Shown here in pieces: positions 7,961 to 16,080 of a stretch of DNA of 64,000 nucleotides (positions within the stretch are counted from its first letter, which is position 1; each line of letters begins with the position of its first letter). Made by a program: the position numbers and the translations under genes. The notes under the pieces were generated by a model that searched no databases, was not told the DNA's origin, and was given only the letters and a program-made list of their open reading frames with translations. Source of the stretch: an uncultured virus (IMG/VR IMGVR_UViG_3300020042_010191) (lineage: Duplodnaviria; Heunggongvirae; Uroviricota; Caudoviricetes); the IMG/VR virus record IMGVR_UViG_3300020042_010191; one strand, given 5' to 3'.

Positions 7961-8135
7961 GAAGGGATCCGGTGTTTGCTGGACCTTCACTATATAGTTC
8001 CAGGTTGTAACCACAGTCGATGCTCTCTGTTGGCGGCTCGATGAACACCTCAACCTGGACGACATTCGCTGGACCTGGTTTCTCTCTCTTATTTCCCAGG
8101 CGTGCACGTAGGGAGTCGTAATGGCTCCCTTTTTT
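7961..8135 (+). ncRNA. Putative structured small RNA or 3' RNA domain with terminator
   Basis: GC-rich; three stems (7961-7988, 7999-8059, 8074-8100) plus terminator stem 8110-8135. Confidence 0.55.
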
Positions 8136-8306
8136 ACAGTTCAATCGATGGTTTAAGTTCAACCAACGGTTTAAGTAGATTTCCATAGATATCATTTATA
8201 AGGATCCAACTTTCCATAAAAACATTTTATGAAACTTTTTTTGCCAAAATGCTTGACACGCACGGATATTTTGCTTATCTTTATATTATAATAAAAAATA
8301 AGAGAT

Positions 8307-8510
8307 ATGAAAAAGAACCGTTATTTAGTTAAAGTATTTGGAATCCAGGGCCGAGCTGTCAATGATGTTGATCTGCAATGGATCGTAACAGAAATTTCAG
8401 GCCATCATGCAATCCGATCAGTTAAGGAGCAATTGCAATGGTCACGTAAGTTAACCGACTTTGAGATTGCACAATATTCATTTAGTGCTGATTATTTAGA
8501 ATCTGCATAA
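8307..8510 (+). CDS. Early-region hypothetical protein
   Basis: Follows a promoter/leader unit. Confidence 0.7.
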   Translation: MKKNRYLVKVFGIQGRAVNDVDLQWIVTEISGHHAIRSVKEQLQWSRKLTDFEIAQYSFSADYLESA

Positions 8511-8594
8511 AAAACTTTTATGAAACTTTTTTTGGAAAAGACTAGGATCCTATCCTAAAAATGCTTATCTTTATATAAATTAAAAATAAGAGAT

Positions 8595-8723
8595 ATGAAG
8601 ACACTTAGAGAAAAGCAGGAGCATGCATTGCATTATGTATGTGGACTTGATTTTGACACGCTTAAGGCAATGTCAGATTCAGAAGTTAATCAGTTATTTA
8701 TAAAGCATTTAAAAAATATATAA
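8595..8723 (+). CDS. Early-region microprotein, 42 aa
   Basis: Hand translation after a leader unit. Confidence 0.6.
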   Translation: MKTLREKQEHALHYVCGLDFDTLKAMSDSEVNQLFIKHLKNI

Positions 8724-8726
8724 GAG

Positions 8727-9131
8727 ATGAAAAAGACAGCAAATTTAGCAACACAATTAAATGGATTCGCAAACGGAGTGATCTTAGACCCGCAGGGCAA
8801 CAACACAGACTGTTTCAATTTCTATGATTGGTTCTGTAAAGATTCTAGCTTGGAACGTAAATCATGGAATTTAATGAAGAAGGTAAAGACGTTCCTTAAA
8901 CATAATCCGGATATTGATTTATTAACGCATTACGTGTTCTTTAAGAACAATTGTCCATTGAATGGTCCAATGTATGATGATTTTAGAATTTGCAACGTTG
9001 AGACAAGCGATGTAGTATATACAGTAATTCCTAAATGTGGCCATTCTGGGTTAGCTGAAATATGGGGACGTGAAAATGGCTTCGAAGGCCCTATTAAGAC
9101 AGCTGAAACTTTTTCGAAACTTTTTTCATAA
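8727..9131 (+). CDS. Early-region conserved phage protein (FYDWFC, FFKNNCP...YDDFRI)
   Basis: ORF with TAAGAG leader. Confidence 0.7.
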   Translation: MKKTANLATQLNGFANGVILDPQGNNTDCFNFYDWFCKDSSLERKSWNLMKKVKTFLKHNPDIDLLTHYVFFKNNCPLNGPMYDDFRICNVETSDVVYTVIPKCGHSGLAEIWGRENGFEGPIKTAETFSKLFS

Positions 9132-9190
9132 AAGATTAGGTTCGCATTCTGAAAATGCTTATCTTTATATTATAATAAAAAATAAGAGAT

Positions 9191-9565
9191 ATGAAAAAAG
9201 AAATTAAAACACAGTACGGAATCCAAATCGTTAAACCTTGGAGCAAAGAGATGTATGCACACAATGAGATGGTTGCAGAAGCAGTCCGCATATTAGTAAC
9301 TCAACGTTGGGAGAATGAATTAAATGCATTTGAAGAAACATTGGGTGAGTTTGCTGAAGATGTAGAATGGATCTCTGAAGCACCTAAAAGCTTAAAGGAC
9401 ATACAACGAGCCATTACATGTTACGGGTTTGGTTATGGCTATGACGTAGAGCGAGTATCTCGCATAGTAGAGCAAGAGTTAGAAGATGCTCCATTATACC
9501 GTCTCAATGAGATAGCAGAAGAGTTAGAGTTAGATTTGAAAGTAGGGTTTGTTGGCTTTAATTAG
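9191..9565 (+). CDS. Early-region hypothetical protein
   Basis: Leader unit. Confidence 0.7.
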   Translation: MKKEIKTQYGIQIVKPWSKEMYAHNEMVAEAVRILVTQRWENELNAFEETLGEFAEDVEWISEAPKSLKDIQRAITCYGFGYGYDVERVSRIVEQELEDAPLYRLNEIAEELELDLKVGFVGFN

Positions 9566-9608
9566 CCAGCAAACTTTTCTATATTATATAAATTAAAAAA
9601 TAAGAGCA

Positions 9609-9791
9609 ATGATAAATTTAGATAAAGCAATATTGATTGGAGAAGGCAAATGGGTTAATGATGTAGCTCATCAAGTATATAAACAAGATGATAGTTACTA
9701 CGTAGTTACAATTGTTGATCACCAAAATAAAGAAGTTATAGAGGAATTGACTGTTGAAATCGAAGAGAAAGATATCAATCAATATATCTAA
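9609..9791 (+). CDS. Early-region hypothetical protein
   Basis: AAATAAGAG leader. Confidence 0.65.
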   Translation: MINLDKAILIGEGKWVNDVAHQVYKQDDSYYVVTIVDHQNKEVIEELTVEIEEKDINQYI

Positions 9792-9863
9792 AAAAAAGCT
9801 GCTAAAAAGCTTGTTTCCTATCAGAATAAACCTTATCTTTAAGTATTATAAAAAATAAGAGCG

Positions 9864-10130
9864 ATGACACATAAAGAGTTTAAATTGACAGTTAAGAAAG
9901 ACATAATGGAGTCAGCTGGATATAATAGACAAGCTGTAAAGTACCATGTAGGAGATACAATGATAGTTGATGAGGCTACGTTCGAGCGCATCCAATCCGG
10001 AAAGTTTGTTGAAAGAATGACACAAGAAGGCTTTATCCATTTTGATAAGTATAACTTTGAGAATGAGGTTTCATTCACAGCCATCACCGTTGAGTATGGG
10101 ATCCGTAGATTAGGTCAAAGAAAAAAGTAA
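9864..10130 (+). CDS. Early-region hypothetical protein
   Basis: Leader unit. Confidence 0.7.
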   Translation: MTHKEFKLTVKKDIMESAGYNRQAVKYHVGDTMIVDEATFERIQSGKFVERMTQEGFIHFDKYNFENEVSFTAITVEYGIRRLGQRKK

Positions 10131-10212
10131 AAAAAGTTTAAAAAAAGTTGCCAAAACGGTTGACACGCATCGATTTATTCCTTATCTTTAAGTATAATAA
10201 AAAATAAGAGAT

Positions 10213-10371
10213 ATGACAAAGACACAAAAAAAAGCATTAGCAAAGAAATGAGAAAAGCAATTAGCCGCGGCAGACAAGCAATGGGATGAAAAAGGACCAG
10301 ATGCAGCAGCATATTGCTACGGGTATTTGATTGGAACTATTCGCGAAACCATTTACCAATTAGAAAACTAA
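10213..10371 (+). pseudogene. Early-region gene interrupted by an in-frame TGA at 10249
   Basis: Full leader unit; MTKTQKKALAKK*EKQLAAADKQWDEKG...LEN. Confidence 0.55.
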
Positions 10372-10376
10372 GAGAC

Positions 10377-10556
10377 ATGAAGAAATGGCATTTCACAGAA
10401 AGGATTGAGAACGTAACAGTGTTACAATTCTATAGCGTAGAAGCAGAGACGGAAGCAGAAGCATTAGCAATGGTCCAAAATGGTCATGGGTTTGTAGACT
10501 CGTGGACGGAATCTGGAGTAACGGGAGACATCACATTAGTAGACACAACCGAATAA
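10377..10556 (+). CDS. Early-region hypothetical protein (VEAETEAEA motif)
   Basis: TAAGAGAC-ATG start. Confidence 0.65.
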   Translation: MKKWHFTERIENVTVLQFYSVEAETEAEALAMVQNGHGFVDSWTESGVTGDITLVDTTE

Positions 10557-10626
10557 AAAAGTTTAAAAAAGATTAGGATCGCATTAAGAAAATGCTTATC
10601 TTTAAGTATAATAAAAAATAAAAGAT

Positions 10627-10869
10627 ATGACACAAACAGAAAGATTACTCAAAGCAGGTTTTGTACCAGTAGACCTTAAGGCTGGTAACGTGAAGGTAGG
10701 AGATAACATTTCTAACCATGGTATGTGTTTTGGGACACTGAAGAAGATAACCAAGAAGGGTAACTATAAGGTTCGCTTTGATATGGATTACTATGGAGAG
10801 CCATTGACAAAGTTCACTCCAGAGGATTTTGAAAGAATCTTCCTTGTAGATAAAAGAAAAAAAGATTAA
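10627..10869 (+). CDS. Early-region hypothetical protein (SH3/KOW-like pattern)
   Basis: Leader unit; VKVGDNI...YKVRFD. Confidence 0.65.
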   Translation: MTQTERLLKAGFVPVDLKAGNVKVGDNISNHGMCFGTLKKITKKGNYKVRFDMDYYGEPLTKFTPEDFERIFLVDKRKKD

Positions 10870-10923
10870 AAAAGATTAGGATCTGAAGTGAAAAATGCTT
10901 ATCTTTAATAAAAAATAAGAGAT

Positions 10924-11133
10924 ATGACAAAAGCAGAAAAGAAAGAATTGCAATTAAGCGCTGAATTATTCAGCTCTTTAAGAGCCGAGTATGAGCAATA
11001 CCAAGCTAAAGCTCATCTAGAGGATCGAATGTCATTCATTGACTATGCTCAGGGTTTAGGAAGATTCCAAGGCTACAAGATAGTTGTAAAGACAAACGGA
11101 TATTTGGATTACATGATAACTTTCATGAAATGA
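10924..11133 (+). CDS. Early-region hypothetical protein
   Basis: Leader unit. Confidence 0.65.
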   Translation: MTKAEKKELQLSAELFSSLRAEYEQYQAKAHLEDRMSFIDYAQGLGRFQGYKIVVKTNGYLDYMITFMK

Positions 11134-11276
11134 GTAAGTTGGATCAACATAGGCTATGGGAAACTTACTCAGTAGACCTATTGCTAGCAATCCGTTGGGA
11201 ATTGCTTACCGGACATCGCTTTGAGGCAGTAAAAATTGTGGATAAAATAATTGAAAAAAAGTTGCCGAAAGATTAG
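11130..11276 (+). CDS. Early-region microprotein, 48 aa
   Basis: ATGA coupling; hand translation. Confidence 0.5.
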   Translation: MSKLDQHRLWETYSVDLLLAIRWELLTGHRFEAVKIVDKIIEKKLPKD

Positions 11277-11326
11277 GATCTGAACATTATTTTACTTATC
11301 TTTATTAAAATTAAAAAGAGAGATAT

Positions 11327-11527
11327 ATGACAAGAGACATTACAGTAGTAGATAGCTTAGCGGCAGTGACAAATCGATTTGATCAATACACGCTTTGCAA
11401 CGCAGTGCAATCCTTAACCCGACAAGCATTAGCCGAAGGCTTTGATGTTGAGGATATCAAAGCAGTGTTAAGTTTCATGATGGAAACGGAAGTAGATGTG
11501 ACAGTCGATGTTTGGGAATGTGAATAA
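11327..11527 (+). CDS. Early-region hypothetical protein
   Basis: Leader unit. Confidence 0.65.
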   Translation: MTRDITVVDSLAAVTNRFDQYTLCNAVQSLTRQALAEGFDVEDIKAVLSFMMETEVDVTVDVWECE

Positions 11528-11608
11528 CTTTGTTAAACAAAGTTTGCAAAAGACTAGGATCGCATTAGATAATTTATTAAATTTATATAAATTAAAAAAA
11601 TAAGAGAT

Positions 11609-11833
11609 ATGACAGTAGCAGATTTAATTTACGAGTTAGAGCAATTGAACCCAGAAGCGCAAGTAAGATTTGCATCGCAGCCAAATTGGCCATTTGAGTA
11701 TAGTATTGCTAGTGTAGTGCAAGTTGAGATCGAAGATCGCCGGACCGAAGAAGTTGTAGAGACTGTTTATTTAGAGGAAGGTCGTCAAATAGGTTACTTG
11801 CCAGGAGAAGCTAAAGACGAGTTAGGCTGGTAA
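11609..11833 (+). CDS. Early-region conserved small protein (MTVADLI...QPNWPFEYSI...EGRQIGYLP)
   Basis: Leader unit. Confidence 0.7.
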   Translation: MTVADLIYELEQLNPEAQVRFASQPNWPFEYSIASVVQVEIEDRRTEEVVETVYLEEGRQIGYLPGEAKDELGW

Positions 11834-11915
11834 AAAAGTTTAAAAAAAGTTACCAAAATATTAGGATCGCATTGAAATAAACCTTAAATTTATATAAATT
11901 AAAAAAATAAGAGAT

Positions 11916-12107
11916 ATGGCTAAAGGCACAAAGAATTCAGGAAAGTTTCAGCAAGATGCAGTAATTGGTCGCTTCACAGCAGACGCACGCAAGCCGCAGG
12001 AGTTAAATGCTATTGTTAAGGCAGCATTGGCAGCGGGAGAAAGAAACCGAATCTACCGCGAAGAGCAAGCACGTAAGGCAGCATTAAACCCACGCATTGT
12101 AAGATGA
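11916..12107 (+). CDS. Early-region basic protein
   Basis: Leader unit. Confidence 0.65.
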   Translation: MAKGTKNSGKFQQDAVIGRFTADARKPQELNAIVKAALAAGERNRIYREEQARKAALNPRIVR

Positions 12108-12196
12108 TAAGCGTGGTATTAGGGATCCTGGGATTGGCGATAGTGATTACCGGGTTTGTAGCATCAATCATTGTATTAGTAGAAAACCGTAAATAA
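12104..12196 (+). CDS. Membrane microprotein, 30 aa
   Basis: ATGA coupling; single hydrophobic helix. Confidence 0.5.
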   Translation: MISVVLGILGLAIVITGFVASIIVLVENRK

Positions 12197-12208
12197 GTTA
12201 TAAGAGTT

Positions 12209-12949
12209 ATGGCAAAGAAGATTCACGTAAGTAATGGGGCAATTGTAACCGATGTTAACAGCACCCGTCAGTATGTAAAGGAGTTGAAAAAGACTCAAGG
12301 CTTATCCAAAGAGGTAGAGCAATCATTAGCAACCAAAGCGCAAGCAGGGGACATTGCAGCACGCAACCAACTCGTAGTAGCCAATCTTAAATTTGCGATC
12401 CAGGTAGCTCGTCAATATCAAGGCATGGGCTTAGAGTTAGAAGACCTTATTGCATTTGCCAATATTGGACTCTTCGAAGCAGCAGAGCGATTTGATTCAT
12501 CCAAGAACGTTAAGTTTGTTACCTTCGCAGTATGGTATATCAGAGCCGAGTTGCAAAAGGCACTCAATGATATGTCCCGCACAGTTAGGATCCCATCGCA
12601 TCGTACCAAGACTGAAGAGTATTCAACCAAGAGCATCCACACTCCGGTAGGCGATGATGAGAACAAAGAGACTTATGCGGATCGTTACTTGGAGGCTGAG
12701 TCAATCCGTAGCGCGAGAGACATCAATGACCTTCGCTTTGATTTGCAACGCGCGTTGAGTCAATTACCTGAGAAGCAACGTGAAGCATTGACTCGCTTCT
12801 ATGGTATTGATCGCGAGTATGCTCAGTGCATGGAGCAGATTGCTGAAGATCTCAATGTTACCGGAGAGCGTGCACGACAGTTGGTTAGAGCGGCAGAAAA
12901 GAATATTGCAACACTTCCGGGCATCGAATTGCTAGAGCAATACTTGTAA
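12209..12949 (+). CDS. Phage-encoded RpoD/SigA-like sigma-70 factor
   Basis: ARNQLVVANLKF..VARQYQ, DLI...GLFEAAERFD, FVTFAVWYIR, RTVRIP, region 4 HTH EQIAEDLNVTGERARQ. Confidence 0.92.
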   Translation: MAKKIHVSNGAIVTDVNSTRQYVKELKKTQGLSKEVEQSLATKAQAGDIAARNQLVVANLKFAIQVARQYQGMGLELEDLIAFANIGLFEAAERFDSSKNVKFVTFAVWYIRAELQKALNDMSRTVRIPSHRTKTEEYSTKSIHTPVGDDENKETYADRYLEAESIRSARDINDLRFDLQRALSQLPEKQREALTRFYGIDREYAQCMEQIAEDLNVTGERARQLVRAAEKNIATLPGIELLEQYL

Positions 12950-13033
12950 AAAAAGTTTAAAAAAAGTTTCAAAAAGATTAGGATCGCATTGATATTATAC
13001 TTATCTTTATTATAAGATAAAAAAATAAGAGAT

Positions 13034-13165
13034 ATGAAAAAAGGAGAAGTTTTAGCATTAGCATTAATTGGCACAATGTTTGTAGGATTAACATTGGTAG
13101 CATTTGGTAACCCGATCGGCGCATTTGTTGTAGCTGGAGTAGTAATGTTAGGTAGCGGATTGTAA
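13034..13165 (+). CDS. Membrane microprotein, 43 aa, two hydrophobic segments
   Basis: Leader unit; hand translation. Confidence 0.6.
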   Translation: MKKGEVLALALIGTMFVGLTLVAFGNPIGAFVVAGVVMLGSGL

Positions 13166-13166
13166 T

Positions 13167-13265
13167 ATGATACCAGAAGGAATGAGCCAAAAAGAGTTTG
13201 AGCGTATAGTGACTCAAGCAACCTTAGCTGTAATGGCGTGTATGTATGCCGAAATTAATAGCTAA
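13167..13265 (+). CDS. Microprotein, 32 aa
   Basis: Hand translation; fills the gap to the next promoter. Confidence 0.45.
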   Translation: MIPEGMSQKEFERIVTQATLAVMACMYAEINS

Positions 13266-13373
13266 AAAAAGTTTAAAAAAAGTTACCAAAAGATTAGGAT
13301 CGCATCATTATTATCCTTATCTTTATTATAAGGAAGTTAGGGAATAGTCCCACAATTTAAAAAAAGAGAGAAT

Positions 13374-13763
13374 ATGAAAAAAAATGAATTGATTGCAAAG
13401 TTAGAAGGCGCTAAAGAATTAACGTCAGTAGTATCGATCGACTTAGTATTGACAGCATTGGGTATGTTGGAAGATGAGACACCACAACCAAAGGGATTCA
13501 GTTTTAAGCCATCACAGTTTGAAATGTTGATGGACAAGATCCAGCAAGCAGTTGATGGTATGGATCGACGTGAGTTGGTAGACAGATCCTCAGCAGAGTT
13601 TGAGTTGGATTGGAATAATTGCATTAGCTTGAATGATGTGGAAGTTGACTTTGATTATGTATACAATAGCATCCGCGAAGAGTTGGAGGAGCTTGTTGAA
13701 GATGAAGAAGAAGAAACTGAGGAAGGCACCTTAAAGGATATTGAATCCGACACAGCAGAATAA
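13374..13763 (+). CDS. Early-region acidic protein
   Basis: Leader unit; very acidic C-terminus. Confidence 0.7.
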   Translation: MKKNELIAKLEGAKELTSVVSIDLVLTALGMLEDETPQPKGFSFKPSQFEMLMDKIQQAVDGMDRRELVDRSSAEFELDWNNCISLNDVEVDFDYVYNSIREELEELVEDEEEETEEGTLKDIESDTAE

Positions 13764-13829
13764 AAATATATCTCTCAGTCCAAAGCCCTAGCAGAAATGT
13801 TAGGGCATGCGGACGTAAAAAGAGAGCAT

Positions 13830-14009
13830 ATGAAAAAATTGAATCGTTACAAAGAGAATCTTCGAATAGACGGAGATCGAGTTATTTCTTATTCTACCCA
13901 TGTAGCAACCATTAATAGCAACACATTGCGGATATTAGGCTACTGGAGCAAGACAACCACTAAACATGTTAATTATGTAGCAGCAGAATTAGACCTAAAA
14001 AAAGTTTAA
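13830..14009 (+). CDS. Early-region conserved small protein (ISYSTHVA...WSKTTTKHVN)
   Basis: AAGAGAGCAT-ATG start. Confidence 0.65.
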   Translation: MKKLNRYKENLRIDGDRVISYSTHVATINSNTLRILGYWSKTTTKHVNYVAAELDLKKV

Positions 14010-14103
14010 AAAAAGTTACCAAAAAGGTTGTTTCCGAAGTGAAAAATGCTTATCTTTATATAAGCAGAAAGGGAAAGGCCCAAGACGCATTTTAATTTAA
14101 ATC

Positions 14104-15060
14104 ATGAGAGAGATGATGAACAATGTTTTTGAACCAGTAAGAGTAAAAGGTAAGTTAATGGGTAAGAATGTGGCAACGGGCCAATTCGCATCCAAGGATC
14201 AAATCCGACACATTCAATTGCTTAACGCAGAAAAGAATCGCGAAGTATTGTTTGTATCAGCAACGGGTAGAGTAACAAGAGTCCCAGCAGCACAGGCAGG
14301 CGTAGCAACGACTCCACCGCCAGCGATGAAGATGTCATTTCTTCTTGCCAAGGAGGCACAAGATCCATCGGAGATGTTCAAGAACATTGAGCGACTCACT
14401 AAAATGGTAGGGCGTGGATTGCAACCATCATTAGTTATAACGGGTAGTGCTGGCACAGGTAAGACTCACATTGTAAAGAGCACCTTAGAAGAAATGGGTT
14501 TGAAGGAATCCACAGACTTTGTTCACTTCAAGGGACGTGCAACACCGGCCGGCTTGTTTGTTACCCTTTATGAGAACAATGACAAGATCATAGTGTTGGA
14601 TGACTGCGATTCGGTATTCAAAGACGATGATGCAGTGAACATCCTTAAAGGAGCATTAGACAGCTATGACACACGCAAGATCTCTTACATCAGCACCAAG
14701 AGCCTCAAAGACGAGTTTGGCAGTGAAGTGCCGCGCCACTTTGAATTCTCAGGTCGCATCATCTTCATCAGCAATATCAACCAAAGCAAATTGGATGAAG
14801 CAATTCGTTCACGCAGCTTTGTAGCAGATGTTGATTTGACCAACGACCAAATGTTTGAGCGCATCGAGCAGCTCATGGAGAAGATGGAGTCACGAGTTCC
14901 AGCAGCAGCTAAGGCCCAGGCATTAGAATTGATGAAGGAGCTCGACAAAGAATATGAAATTGAAATCAACCTCCGTAGCTTCATCAAAGCGGCTCGCATT
15001 TGTGCAATGGGCTTCGAGAATCCAAAGATGCTTGTAGCAGAGCAAATTTGTAAATTGTAA
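14104..15060 (+). CDS. AAA+ family ATPase
   Basis: Walker A GSAGTGKT, Walker B IIVLDDCD, sensor FISN, AIRSR arginine finger. Confidence 0.85.
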   Translation: MREMMNNVFEPVRVKGKLMGKNVATGQFASKDQIRHIQLLNAEKNREVLFVSATGRVTRVPAAQAGVATTPPPAMKMSFLLAKEAQDPSEMFKNIERLTKMVGRGLQPSLVITGSAGTGKTHIVKSTLEEMGLKESTDFVHFKGRATPAGLFVTLYENNDKIIVLDDCDSVFKDDDAVNILKGALDSYDTRKISYISTKSLKDEFGSEVPRHFEFSGRIIFISNINQSKLDEAIRSRSFVADVDLTNDQMFERIEQLMEKMESRVPAAAKAQALELMKELDKEYEIEINLRSFIKAARICAMGFENPKMLVAEQICKL

Positions 15061-15080
15061 ATCATATCTCTCAATATGAA

Positions 15081-15110
15081 GGATCCGGCATCGAAAGGTG
15101 TCGGATTCTA
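15081..15110 (+). terminator. Stem-loop after the ATPase
   Basis: GGATCCGGCATC-GAAA-GGTGTCGGATTC hairpin. Confidence 0.5.
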
Positions 15111-15200
15111 CTGTAAAAAAAGTTTAAACAAATCGGCAAAAAGATTAGGATCGTATTGATATTATCGATATCTTTATATTATAAATAAAAAATAAGAGAT

Positions 15201-15551
15201 ATGAAAAACATTAATGAAATCATCCAAGACCAATTAGCAACATTAGACCGAGGCTTTATTGCAACTCCAGAGAACTTCGAAACGCTTGAAGCATTCGCAA
15301 AAGCCAATCATGGCAGCAACGACTTCCTTTTAACGCATATGGCAATGCAATACGGAATGAAGCTAGCATTAGAGTTCTTAGCAACAGAGTTGGCAGAGTC
15401 AGCCACAGCAGTTAATCCAAACAATATAGACCGATCGGCATACGTAGCAAACGCTTTAGGCCATGCATGGAATATGGGTAAAGGTAATAATGCAATTGAT
15501 TCAGAATCGCTAGCCCAGACAATTGTAACTGATATGTTCGGAGGCAAGTAA
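15201..15551 (+). CDS. Early-region hypothetical protein
   Basis: Leader unit. Confidence 0.7.
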   Translation: MKNINEIIQDQLATLDRGFIATPENFETLEAFAKANHGSNDFLLTHMAMQYGMKLALEFLATELAESATAVNPNNIDRSAYVANALGHAWNMGKGNNAIDSESLAQTIVTDMFGGK

Positions 15552-15584
15552 TAGTATTAATAATATAAATAATAAGAGATAGAC

Positions 15585-15770
15585 ATGTACGCACGCAAAG
15601 ACATAGAGAGAATATTCCTTAACCTGAACGCACTCACAGACAGATTAGAAGACCTCCAGAAGGACTTAATGCCAGACAGCTTTCACGTAGAGCGTCAGGT
15701 AGATCATCTCAGAGCCACTCTGCAACACATAGAAAGAGCAATGGAGTCAGAGATAGCTAAGGTGCAATAG
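15585..15770 (+). CDS. Early-region coiled-coil protein
   Basis: AATAAGAGA leader. Confidence 0.6.
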   Translation: MYARKDIERIFLNLNALTDRLEDLQKDLMPDSFHVERQVDHLRATLQHIERAMESEIAKVQ

Positions 15771-15790
15771 GATATCGTAGTCCTAGATGA

Positions 15791-15955
15791 GGGGCAAGAG
15801 AGGGGGGTGTGATAGCCCCCCTTTTTTTGCGGGCATGCCCCCCGGTTAGACCCCCGTTAGCCCCCCTTAAAACAGGGGGGTGGGGGAGGGTTTCGTTAAG
15901 GGGTAAAGGACCCCCTGGTTGAGGATGGAGGTTATATATGTTTCTGCCGCGCGGG
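15791..15955. other. G/C-homopolymer-rich non-coding element with terminator (15801-15828)
   Basis: Many G4-6 and C5-6 runs and hairpins in an AT-rich genome. Confidence 0.75.
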
Positions 15956-16080
15956 TAAAATTTTTGCTATATAGGTGCTCTTTATTGAATATGACGGTGT
16001 CATAGAGGGTAGTACATTGTTCGCCTAGCGGCTCGCAAACGTATCTTCCGTATATTTATATTAAATACACAAGGAATACA

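Larger units (their letters stand above)
8221..15203 (+). promoter_or_regulatory. About 14 repeated early-type promoter/leader units: A-tracts, TTAGGATC (or TTGAC/TTGTT), TATCTTTA, AAAATAAGAGAT-ATG
   Basis: Units precede ATGs at 8307, 8595, 9191, 9864, 10213, 10627, 10924, 11327, 11609, 11916, 13034, 13374, 14104, 15201; resembles Bacteroidetes -33 TTTG / -7 TAnnTTTG. Confidence 0.8.

Noticed and set aside
7133..8195. Minus-strand ORFs 7133-7336, 7754-7939, 7917-8195
   Set aside because: No leader or promoter support; better explained by + strand elements and non-coding structure
8290..15203. AAGAGA as a classical Shine-Dalgarno
   Set aside because: It lies only 1-3 nt from the ATG, too close for normal SD spacing, and Bacteroidetes largely do not use SD pairing
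12418..15594. Antisense ORFs within the sigma, ATPase and other early genes (and similar shadows elsewhere)
   Set aside because: They are shadow frames of well-supported + strand genes
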